Positions 8,429 through 16,227 of a stretch of 64,000 bases of DNA are shown piece after piece. The stretch covers positions 371,238 to 435,237 of the forward strand of contig CAVTKZ010000004.1 of the NCBI GenBank assembly GCA_963735455.1. Reading direction: 5' to 3'. How positions within the stretch are numbered: the stretch's first letter is position 1; each line of letters starts with the position of its first letter. A program made the translations under genes and the position numbers. A model generated the notes under the pieces. That model was not told where the DNA came from. It worked only from the letters and a program-made list of their open reading frames with translations, and searched no databases. Origin of the DNA: an uncultured Chloroflexia bacterium. GTDB lineage: Bacteria; Chloroflexota; Limnocylindria; Limnocylindrales; CSP1-4.

Positions 8429-8495
8429 GCCGCCGGGGTCCGCGGAAGCTCCGGCCGGCGGGTCAGCTCCGGCCGGCGGGTTAGCCCGGGCGGGG

Positions 8496-8843
8496 TCAGC
8501 CCCGGGCCACGAGCCGGGCGATGATCCGGGCGATCACGTGGGAGCTCGCCGCGGCCGCCTGGACCGGAGCCGCGGGCAAGGCGGCTGCCGCGGGCGCCGC
8601 GATCGAGGTGACGGCCGGCGCAGCTTCGGGCAGGGGCTGGGCAACGGCGCCGGCACGCGCTGCCGCGGCGGCCCGGTCGGCCGGCCCGGCGGCGCAGGCG
8701 GCGATCACCGGGGCCAGCGCCGCGGCGGCGCCGACCGCCGCGATTCGCTCGAGCAGCTGGCGGCGGGTCATCCGCTGGGCGTCGAGGTAGGCGCCGAGGA
8801 CCTGCTCGAGGTCCGCTGCCGGATCGTCGGGTCGTTCGGTCAT
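8496..8843 (-). CDS. hypothetical Ala-rich protein with an internal Tat-signal/lipobox-like segment; possibly a gene remnant
   Basis: ATG at 8843. 'MTRRQLLERIAAVGAAAALAPVIAAC' (alternative start at 8771) looks like a twin-arginine lipoprotein signal. No mature domain follows it. Confidence 0.3.
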   Translation of the reverse strand: MTERPDDPAADLEQVLGAYLDAQRMTRRQLLERIAAVGAAAALAPVIAACAAGPADRAAAAARAGAVAQPLPEAAPAVTSIAAPAAAALPAAPVQAAAASSHVIARIIARLVARG

Positions 8844-8875
8844 CAGGGCGCGAATCCTAGCGACTCGAGGCGATC

Positions 8876-9715
8876 TCAGCCAGCCAGGTCGACATACAGC
8901 GGAGCATGGTCGGACGGCAGCTTGCCCTTGCGGGCGTCGCGGTCGCGCTCCGCGGCCGTCACTCGCTGGGCCACCGAGCGCGAGGCATACAGGTGGTCGA
9001 TCCGCATCCCCAGGTTCTTGTGGAAGTTGCCTGCCCGGTAGTCCCACCAGGTGTAGAAGCCGGCCTCCGGGTGGAACAGCCGGACGACATCGACCAGGCC
9101 CCACTCGCGGAGGCGGGCCAGGGCGGCCCGCTCGGCAGGCGAGACGTGGGTGGCGCCCACGTAGGCCTGCGGGTCGTAGACATCGAGGTCGTCCGGGGCG
9201 ACGTTGAAATCGCCGCCGATCAGGATCTGGTCGGCCGGATCCTGGGTCTCCTCGAGCCAGCGGCTGAGGCGGTCGTACCAGGCCAGCTTGCCGTCGTAGA
9301 AGGGCGTATCGAGGGCCCGCCCGTTGGGGGCGTAGATGCTCACGACCCGGATCCCGCCGCAGCGGGCCGAGATCATCCGGGCCTCGGGGCCGAGACCCTC
9401 GTCGCCCGGCTCGTCGGCCGGCGCCGAGCCAGGGCCGCCGGCCGCGCCCGGAGGTCGGACGAGCGGTCCGTCGCCGAAGTTCGTGACGACGTCGGCGATC
9501 CCCACCCGGCTGGCGATCGCCACGCCGTTCCAGCGGCCCTCACCATGGTGGGCCAGCTCGTAGCCGGCCATGGCGAAGGGCAGCACCGGCGCGGCTTCGT
9601 CGGACAGCTTCGTCTCCTGCATCAGCAGGACGTCCGGGGCGGCGATCGTCAGCCATTCCTCGACCCGGTCCAGGCGGGCCTTGAGCGAGTTGACGTTCCA
9701 GGTGGCGATCCGCAT
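8876..9715 (-). CDS. xthA: exodeoxyribonuclease III
   Basis: 'MRIATWNVNSLKARL..', 'LMQETK', 'GGDFNVAP' and 'SDHAP' are ExoIII/AP-endonuclease family motifs. Confidence 0.9.
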   Translation of the reverse strand: MRIATWNVNSLKARLDRVEEWLTIAAPDVLLMQETKLSDEAAPVLPFAMAGYELAHHGEGRWNGVAIASRVGIADVVTNFGDGPLVRPPGAAGGPGSAPADEPGDEGLGPEARMISARCGGIRVVSIYAPNGRALDTPFYDGKLAWYDRLSRWLEETQDPADQILIGGDFNVAPDDLDVYDPQAYVGATHVSPAERAALARLREWGLVDVVRLFHPEAGFYTWWDYRAGNFHKNLGMRIDHLYASRSVAQRVTAAERDRDARKGKLPSDHAPLYVDLAG

Positions 9716-9734
9716 CAGCGGCCGTGGGCCACGC

Positions 9735-10007
9735 TCAACCCCCGGCCGTCGGGCGGAGATCGGCGACGGACAGGCGCTCGGGCTCGAGGCCGCCCGTCGG
9801 GTCGTGCTCCTCGAACGCCTGGCCGAGGGCCTCGAAGGCCGCCCGGGTGGCGGCCGGATCGCTGGTCGTGAGCATCAGCGCGCCATCGGTGTCCTCGGCC
9901 ACGCCGACGATCCCGGTGATATTCACGCCGCGCTCGGCGAGCGCTCCCGCGACCCGCGCCAGCGAACCCGGCTTGTCATCGAGCTGGACCGTGAACCAGA
10001 CCGTCAT
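9735..10007 (-). CDS. ACT domain-containing protein
   Basis: ATG at 10007 preceded by GGGAGG. 'VQLDDKPGSLARVAGALAERGVNI' is an ACT fold signature. Confidence 0.7.
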   Translation of the reverse strand: MTVWFTVQLDDKPGSLARVAGALAERGVNITGIVGVAEDTDGALMLTTSDPAATRAAFEALGQAFEEHDPTGGLEPERLSVADLRPTAGG

Positions 10008-10082
10008 CGAGGGACCTCCCAGGGCCGCCAAAGGCAGCCACGTCCAGCGATGGTACCGCCCAGCGGCCGCTACGATCCTGCG

Positions 10083-10451
10083 GTGGCCCAGCCGTCAGCG
10101 CCTTCGGTCCAGATCTTCGGGCTGGTGGACGACCAGCCGACCCGGGCGGCGCTGCGCTTCTTCAAGGAGCGCCGCTGCACGATCCATTTCGTCGACCTGC
10201 GGCGCAAGCCGATGGCCGCCGGCGAGCTCCGCCGATTCACCGAGCGGCTGGGGGTCCGGGCGGTCCTGGACGGCGACGGCCGGGCGGCGCGCGAGGCCGG
10301 CTTCGCCTGGCTCAGGCTGACCGACGCCGAGCTCGCCGAGCGCGTGCTGGCCGACCAGCGCCTGCTCCGCCTGCCCCTCGTCCGCTTCGGCAACGAGCTG
10401 AGCGCCGGCCGCGCTGAGCCTGACTGGAAAGGCTGGCTGAGGCTGCCCTGA
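10083..10451 (+). CDS. ArsC/Spx-family (YffB-like) protein
   Basis: 'VQIFGLVDDQPTRAALRFFKERRCTIHFVDLRRKP' thioredoxin-like ArsC-family N-terminus. GTG at 10083 lies 6 nt after a TACGAT -10 box (10071-10076), so probably leaderless. An in-frame ATG at 10050 is an alternative. Confidence 0.7.
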   Translation: MAQPSAPSVQIFGLVDDQPTRAALRFFKERRCTIHFVDLRRKPMAAGELRRFTERLGVRAVLDGDGRAAREAGFAWLRLTDAELAERVLADQRLLRLPLVRFGNELSAGRAEPDWKGWLRLP

Positions 10452-10492
10452 GCCGGCTGACGGCTTCCGGCCGCGGGGTGCATTCTTGGCAA

Positions 10493-11308
10493 ATGCCAGA
10501 CGAACAGGGTCCCGAGCTGTCGGGGTCGCCCGAGCGCCGCCGCCGGGGCCGGGTGACCGTCGATTCGCGGACCACCGCCCGGATGGATGGCGGCGGCAAG
10601 CGGACCGAGGACGAGAAGCTCCTCACCCGCTCCAGCCGGCCGGCGTTCATCAGCGAGGATCCCTGGCGAGTGCTCCGGATCCAGGCCGAGTTCGTGGACG
10701 GCTTCGATGCCCTGGCCACCCTTGGCCCGGCGGTCACGGTCTTCGGCTCGGCCCGGATCCAGGAGGGCAGCCCGACCTATGAGCTGGCCCGGGCGATCGG
10801 CCGGCGCCTGGCCGAGGCCGGCTTCGCCGTGATCACCGGTGGTGGCCCGGGAGTGATGGAGGCGGCCAATCGCGGCTGCCAGGAGGGCGGCGGGATCTCG
10901 GTCGGCTGCAACGTCGAGCTGCCCCACGAGCAGTCGCTCAATCCCTACGTCGACCTGGGCGTCGATTTCCGGTACTTCTTCGCGCGCAAGACGATGTTCG
11001 TGAAGTACGCCGATGCGTTCGTCATCCTGCCCGGCGGCGTGGGCACGTTGGACGAGCTGTTCGAGGCGCTGACCCTGATCCAGACCGGCAAGATCGAGCA
11101 CTTCCCGGTGATCCTCGTCGGCCACGACTACTGGAGCGGGCTGATCGACTGGATGCGCCGGGTGCAGCTGCCGGCGGGCACGATCGACGCCGACGACCTG
11201 CGCCTGTTCCATGTCACCGATGATCCCGACCATGTCCTGCGCCTGATCCGGGAGTACACCCAGGACGACCACCTGGATCCGGACGAGGAGATCGAGCTCC
11301 GGGGCTGA
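10493..11308 (+). CDS. LOG-family (TIGR00730) nucleotide 5'-monophosphate nucleosidase / cytokinin riboside 5'-monophosphate phosphoribohydrolase-like
   Basis: 'GGGPGVMEAANRG' and 'PGGVGTLDELFE' LOG motifs. ATG at 10493 lies 6 nt after CATTCT. A GTG at 10478 is an alternative start. Confidence 0.8.
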   Translation: MPDEQGPELSGSPERRRRGRVTVDSRTTARMDGGGKRTEDEKLLTRSSRPAFISEDPWRVLRIQAEFVDGFDALATLGPAVTVFGSARIQEGSPTYELARAIGRRLAEAGFAVITGGGPGVMEAANRGCQEGGGISVGCNVELPHEQSLNPYVDLGVDFRYFFARKTMFVKYADAFVILPGGVGTLDELFEALTLIQTGKIEHFPVILVGHDYWSGLIDWMRRVQLPAGTIDADDLRLFHVTDDPDHVLRLIREYTQDDHLDPDEEIELRG

Positions 11309-11313
11309 GCCGG

Positions 11314-11799
11314 CTAGCCCTGGACCGGCAGCGCGACCTCGATCCGGCCGTCGACGATCCGGACCGGGTAGTAGCGGATCCGGCGGACGCGGGTGAAGCG
11401 GCGAGCCTCGGCCTTCTTGCCCGGGGGGTCTTCCTTGGGTGGCAGCCCGGCCGCCGACCAGGTCGGGTGGTAGGTGCCCTCCGGGTCGAGACCCCCGGTG
11501 GTCGGCATCTGGACCGGCTCGCCGGTCGACAGGTCGAACCGGCCGCTATGGAGCGGGCAGTCGACGATGCAGCCGTCGAGGACGCCGATCGACAGCGGCG
11601 CCGCCATATGCGGGCAGCGATCGTCGACCGCGACCACCCCGGCGCTGGTGTTGGCCAGCAGGACGTCGAGGTCGCCTCGGCTGATCCGGCGCATCGCGCC
11701 GGGCGGCAGGTCGGCCAGGTCGAGGACGGCGGCGAATGGCGCGCCCCGGGTGCCCAGCGCGCGCAGGCCCGCCGGCAGCGGGGCGGGATCGATGGTCAT
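11314..11799 (-). CDS. Rieske (2Fe-2S) ferredoxin-type protein
   Basis: 'CPHMAAPLS..x..CPLHSGRF' Rieske cluster ligands. A TAGGCT hexamer lies 7 nt upstream of the ATG. Confidence 0.8.
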   Translation of the reverse strand: MTIDPAPLPAGLRALGTRGAPFAAVLDLADLPPGAMRRISRGDLDVLLANTSAGVVAVDDRCPHMAAPLSIGVLDGCIVDCPLHSGRFDLSTGEPVQMPTTGGLDPEGTYHPTWSAAGLPPKEDPPGKKAEARRFTRVRRIRYYPVRIVDGRIEVALPVQG

Positions 11800-11901
11800 C
11801 GCCGCCAGCCTACCCGGAAATGAAGACCGGCCCCGCCGCGTTGTCCGCAGCAGGGCCGGAGGTGGATCACGGTGCGCCGGCCGAGCCGGCCGCCTGGCCG
11901 G

Positions 11902-13591
11902 TCAGTCGAGGGCCGGGCTGGCCGAGCCGACGCCCGGCTCGCTGGCCGGCCGGCCACCGGCGGCCGCCTGGGCCCCGGTGCTCGTCCGGAGCGGGATCTC
12001 GCGCAGGAAGAGGGCCGCCACGACAACGGACACCGCGGCCGCGCCGACGCCCAGCAGCATCGAGCTGGAGATCGCGAGGGTGAAGGCCTGGTGGAAGCCC
12101 TGGATGAAGATGGCCTGCAGCCCGGCCGGCAGCTGGCTCACGAATGCGAGCGGGTTGCCCGTGCTCGTGACCGATGTCAGCGAGCTCAGGTCGAAGCCGG
12201 GCGGGGGCGTCGTCGGCACGGCCGAGGCGGGTGCCCCGGCGGCCACGATCTGGTCGTGGAGCAGGGTCCAGGTCAGGTTCTCCCGGAAGAACGTGAAGGC
12301 CAGGGTCAGGCCCATCGTCGTCCCGATCTGGCGGAAGAGGGTCAGGTCGGCCGTGGCCGCCCCGAGCTCGCTGAACGGCACCGCGTTCTGGACGATGATC
12401 GTGAAGACCGCGAAGGTCGGTCCGACGCCGAAGCCGGCGACGAACATCCAGCCCCACAGGACGACGTTCGGGGTATCCGCCCGCAGGAACGACATCAGGT
12501 ACAGGCCGATCGCTCAGGATCACCAGGCCGCCGACGACGATCGCCTTGTAGCGACCGGTCCGGCTGACGACGATGCCCGAGCCGATCGAGGCGACGATCA
12601 GGCCGATCAGGAACGGCAGGAGCTGGTAGCCCGACGCCGTCGCGCTCGAGCCCTGGACGATCTGGAAGTACAGCGGCAGGAAGATGATCGCGGCGCCGAA
12701 GCCGAAGGTGGCCAGGAAGATCGCGACCATCGAGGCGCTGAACGTCCGGTTGCGGAACAGGTGGAGCGGGATGATCGGCTCCGCCGCCCGCGACTCGACG
12801 AAGACGAAGATGACCAGGAAGACGAGGCCCGCGACGATCGAGCCCCACACGGCCGGGTCGCTCCACTGCGAAGTCTCGGCCAGGGTCAGGCCGATCAGGA
12901 TCGGCATTAGCCCGAGGGTCAGGGTCACCACGCCGGCGTAGTCGATCTTGATGTCCCGCCGGCGGCCCTTGATGTTCGGCAGCAGTCGGAAGATCACGAC
13001 CAGGGCCACGATCCCGATCGGCAGGTTGACGAAGAAGACCCAGTGCCAGCTGAAGTTGTCGGTCAGGAAGCCGCCCAGGCCCGGGCCGACCAGGAAGGCG
13101 ATCCCGAAGACGGCTCCGAAGAGGCCCTGGTACTTGCCCCGCTCGGCCGGGGTGAACAGGTCGCCGATGACCGCCAGCGCGATCGGGAACAGCGCGCCGG
13201 CGCCGAGTCCCTGGATCCCCCGGAAGAGGATCAGCTCCCACATCGTCTGGCTCAGCCCGGACAGGGCCGAACCGATCAGGAACAGGACGATGCCGAACAT
13301 CAGCAGCGGTCGCCGGCCATACAGGTCGGAGAGCTTGCCGTAGATCGGGACGGTGATCGTGCTCGTCACCAGGAAGATCGTGACGACCCAGGTGTACAGG
13401 TCGGCGCCCTTCAGCTCGGTGACGATCCGGGGCAGCACCGGCCCGACGATCGTCTGGTCGAGGGCGGCCAGGAACAGCCCAAGGAGGATGGCCCCGAGGA
13501 TCTCGAACTTCGCCCGGCGGTCGAGCCCGAGGGCTGGATCGGTCTCGGCGGTAGGCCCGGTGGCCTCGTCTTCAACAGGAAATGCTTCCAT
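11902..13591 (-). pseudogene. MFS transporter (DHA2/EmrB-QacA type, 14-TM) interrupted by a +1-type frameshift near 12511
   Basis: The N-terminal 2/3 is in ORF 11867..13591 ('LDQTIVGPVLP', 'LSDLYGRRP'). The C-terminal 1/3 is in ORF 11902..12495. The junction reads CTG AGC G ATC GGC, and removing one base gives a continuous '..GGLVILSIGLYLMSFLRADTPN..'. Confidence 0.75.
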
Positions 13592-13629
13592 GGATCCCTT
13601 CCCTTGCCGTGCTGGGGTTGTCGGCCGGA

Positions 13630-14136
13630 TCAGCCGGCGGACGTTGCGTGCTGATGAACCGGATGGATCTCGTCGGCGTCGATCCCGAACTCGGCGGCGA
13701 TCGCCACCCGGAGGTCGCCCAGGGCCTGGGTGATCCGCCGGAGCTGGACGTCGTCGAGGCGATCGCAGATCGCCCGGATCCGGTCGAGCTTGATGCCCTC
13801 GGTCTCGTCGAGCGCCTGGATCCCCAGGGCGGACGGCTGGACGAGCACGACCCGCCGGTCATCCGGCACCCGTACTCGCTCGACCAACCCGCGCTCGGCC
13901 ATCCGGTCGATGATCCCAGTGGCGTTCGAGAGGGACACATCGAGGAGCTCGGCGATCCGGCTCATCGACATCGTGCCGTGCTGCTCGAGCTGCCGCAGGA
14001 CGTGGATCTGGGTCATGCTGATCCCGGCCTTGACGAACTTCTCGGTCGAGGCACAGCGCAGCTCGCGCAGCGACCAGCCCACATCCGACAGAATTGACCC
14101 GACGAGGTCGTCGCGTTTCTGATCGATAGTTCGCAT
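13630..14136 (-). CDS. MarR family transcriptional regulator
   Basis: ATG at 14136. The winged HTH 'MTQIHVLRQLEQHGTMSMSRIAELLDVSLSNATGIIDRMAERGLVERVRVPDDRR' is classic MarR. It lies directly upstream of the MFS gene. Confidence 0.85.
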   Translation of the reverse strand: MRTIDQKRDDLVGSILSDVGWSLRELRCASTEKFVKAGISMTQIHVLRQLEQHGTMSMSRIAELLDVSLSNATGIIDRMAERGLVERVRVPDDRRVVLVQPSALGIQALDETEGIKLDRIRAICDRLDDVQLRRITQALGDLRVAIAAEFGIDADEIHPVHQHATSAG

Positions 14137-14149
14137 GTCGTGAACTATC
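14125..14149. promoter_or_regulatory. inverted repeat GATAGTTC-N9-GAACTATC spanning the marR start codon; candidate MarR operator
   Basis: Perfect 8-bp arms at 14125-14132 and 14142-14149. Sits in the AT-richer divergent marR/LLM promoter region and overlaps the marR -10-like GATAGT. Confidence 0.45.
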
Positions 14150-14236
14150 ATAAACAACCGAACAGTTATGTCAAGCCTGATGATCGCCCCGAAGGTGATC
14201 ATCGGCCTGAGCCGAAACGACCGGAGACCAGCTTCG

Positions 14237-15187
14237 ATGCGCTTCGCGATCATGCTCGAGCCCCAGCAGGGGATCACCTACGCCGAGCAGCTGGCCGTCG
14301 CCCGGCGGGCCGAAGCGGCCGGCTTCGAGGCGTTCTTCCGCTCCGACCATTACGAGAGCTTCCCGGGGCCGGGCGGCCTGCCGACGACCGACGCCTGGAC
14401 CGTGCTCGCCGGGATCGCCCGGGAGACGAGCACGATCCGCCTCGGCGCGCTCGTCTCGCCGGTGACCTACCGGCTGCCCGGCCCGTTCGCCAAGATCGTC
14501 ACGACCGTCGACGAGATGAGCGGGGGACGGGTCGAGGTCGCGCTCGGGACCGGCTGGCACGAGCTCGAGCATGCCCGCCTGGGGATCCCCTTCCCGCCGG
14601 TCGATGAGCGGGCCGAGATGCTCGAGGAGACACTGGCGATCTTGCACGGGCTGTGGGAGGCGCCCGACGGCTGGTCGTCGGACGGTCCGCGCTGGCGGGT
14701 GGTTGACGCACTCTTCCGGCCGAAGCCGGTCCAGCGGCCGCATCCACCGATTCTCGTCGGCGGCGGTGGGACGCCTCGTGGCCTGCGAATCGCGGCCCGC
14801 TATGCCGACGAGTTCAACCTGACGGACACGAAGCCGGCGGTGATCGCCGAGCGCTACGCCGCGCTCGACGAAGCCTGCCGCGCGATCGGCCGCGAGCCGG
14901 CCTCGATCCGGCGCTCGGCGATGATCGGGGTGCTGGTCGGCCGCGACGCCGCGGAGCTGGCCCAGCGGCGGGCGGCCTTGCTGACCTCGTTCGACGCGCC
15001 GGATGAGGGCGCGAGCTGGCTCGACCGGCGCCTGGTCAACTGGATCAGCGGCACGCCCGACCAGCTCCGGCCGCGGGTGGCCGAGCTGGAGCGGCTGGGC
15101 GTCGAGCGGGTCATGCTCCAGGACTTCCTGCCGCGCGACCTGGCGATGATCGACCTGCTCGGCCGCGAGCTGATCGCGCAGGCCTAG
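14237..15187 (+). CDS. LLM-class F420-dependent oxidoreductase (luciferase-like monooxygenase family)
   Basis: ATG at 14237. The N-terminus 'MRFAIMLEPQQGITYAEQLAVARRAEAAGFEAFFRSDHY' is typical of the TIGR03560-type LLM family. Confidence 0.85.
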   Translation: MRFAIMLEPQQGITYAEQLAVARRAEAAGFEAFFRSDHYESFPGPGGLPTTDAWTVLAGIARETSTIRLGALVSPVTYRLPGPFAKIVTTVDEMSGGRVEVALGTGWHELEHARLGIPFPPVDERAEMLEETLAILHGLWEAPDGWSSDGPRWRVVDALFRPKPVQRPHPPILVGGGGTPRGLRIAARYADEFNLTDTKPAVIAERYAALDEACRAIGREPASIRRSAMIGVLVGRDAAELAQRRAALLTSFDAPDEGASWLDRRLVNWISGTPDQLRPRVAELERLGVERVMLQDFLPRDLAMIDLLGRELIAQA

Positions 15188-15670
15188 CCCGAACGGTCCA
15201 ATCCCCCAACGGCGCGGCGCGGCCGCAGGCCCGGCCGGCTGATCGGCCCGATTGGACGACCCGGCGGCCCGTAGCGCAGCCAGGCACGGCCCTCCAGGCG
15301 ATCGACGCCGACCGCGCCGTACGAGCGCGAATCGACGCGAATCCCCGCCGGCGTCGCCCAGCAGCCAGGCCTCGTCCGGCCCGAGAGCGACCGGGCCGTC
15401 CGGGGTCCGGACCGCGTCACCGGGCCGGGCGGCGACGCGCTTCACGACGAGGGACCCGGTGGCGGGCTCGCGGACGACCACGATCGTGCCCCGGCGCGGC
15501 CAGCGGCGGGTCGTCGGATCGACGAGCAGCCAGTCGCCCGGCTCGAGGGCGGGTCGCATCGAGCCTTCGGCGACCAGGACTCGCCATGGTCGGCCGAGCG
15601 AGGCTTGTTCCTCGTCGGTCGCCGGGGCTTCGGCGTCGAGCTCGACCAGGCCCGGGGCGGCAGGGGCCAC
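15184..15670 (-). pseudogene. sodX: Ni-SOD maturation protease SodX (S26 signal-peptidase family), with a +1-type frameshift in a GGGG run at 15343-15346
   Basis: Catalytic 'EGSMRPAL' and 'VVKRVAARPGD' boxes are in the frame of ORF 14171..15928. The conserved C-terminus 'VDSRSYGAVGVDRLEGRAWLRYGP' is in ORF 15184..15420. Deleting one G joins them as '..LLGDAGGIRVDSRSYG..'. A GTG start at 15670 lies 24 nt after the sodN stop. Confidence 0.65.
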
Positions 15671-15693
15671 GGCCTCGCCCCGGGTCCCTCGGC

Positions 15694-16119
15694 CTACTTC
15701 TTGGTCGACCAGAAGATGTCCGAGAACTCCTTGACCGCGGCCTGCAGCTGGGCGGCCGCCTCGGCGTCGACGTTCTGCTTGTTCTTGCCGGCCAGCTTGA
15801 GCAGGTTCCAGACCTTCGTGTGAAGGTCGGGATTGGCGGCCAGGTGCTCGGGCTTGAAGTAGTCCGACCAGATCACCTGGACCTCGTGCTTGACCAACTC
15901 GGCGTGCTGCTCCTTGACGGCCACACAACGGGCGAACTTGTTGCGGTCGGCCACGCTGCTGCCTTCGAGCCCGCCGATCAGGTCAACCATCTTGGCAACG
16001 GTCTGGGCGGCCAGGACGGCGCCGGCCGGGTCGTAGATGCCACACGGGATGTCGCAGTGGGCACGGGCGATCCGGGTCGGGGCGACTGCGCGGGCGAGGC
16101 GATCGGTGAAGCGGGGCAT
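15694..16119 (-). CDS. sodN: nickel-containing superoxide dismutase precursor
   Basis: The Ni-hook 'HCDIPCGIYDP' follows a 20-aa propeptide 'MPRFTDRLARAVAPTRIARA'. [10 protein letters not shown] sequence upstream. Confidence 0.9.
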   Translation of the reverse strand: MPRFTDRLARAVAPTRIARAHCDIPCGIYDPAGAVLAAQTVAKMVDLIGGLEGSSVADRNKFARCVAVKEQHAELVKHEVQVIWSDYFKPEHLAANPDLHTKVWNLLKLAGKNKQNVDAEAAAQLQAAVKEFSDIFWSTKK

Positions 16120-16227
16120 CGGGCGTCTCCTTCGGGTCGGGTCTGGGGATCGTGCTCAGTCTCGGAGCGAGGCCGGAGCCTGTCAAACGGGGCTCGCGGT
16201 GGGGTTTGGGGCGGTATCATCGTCGGG

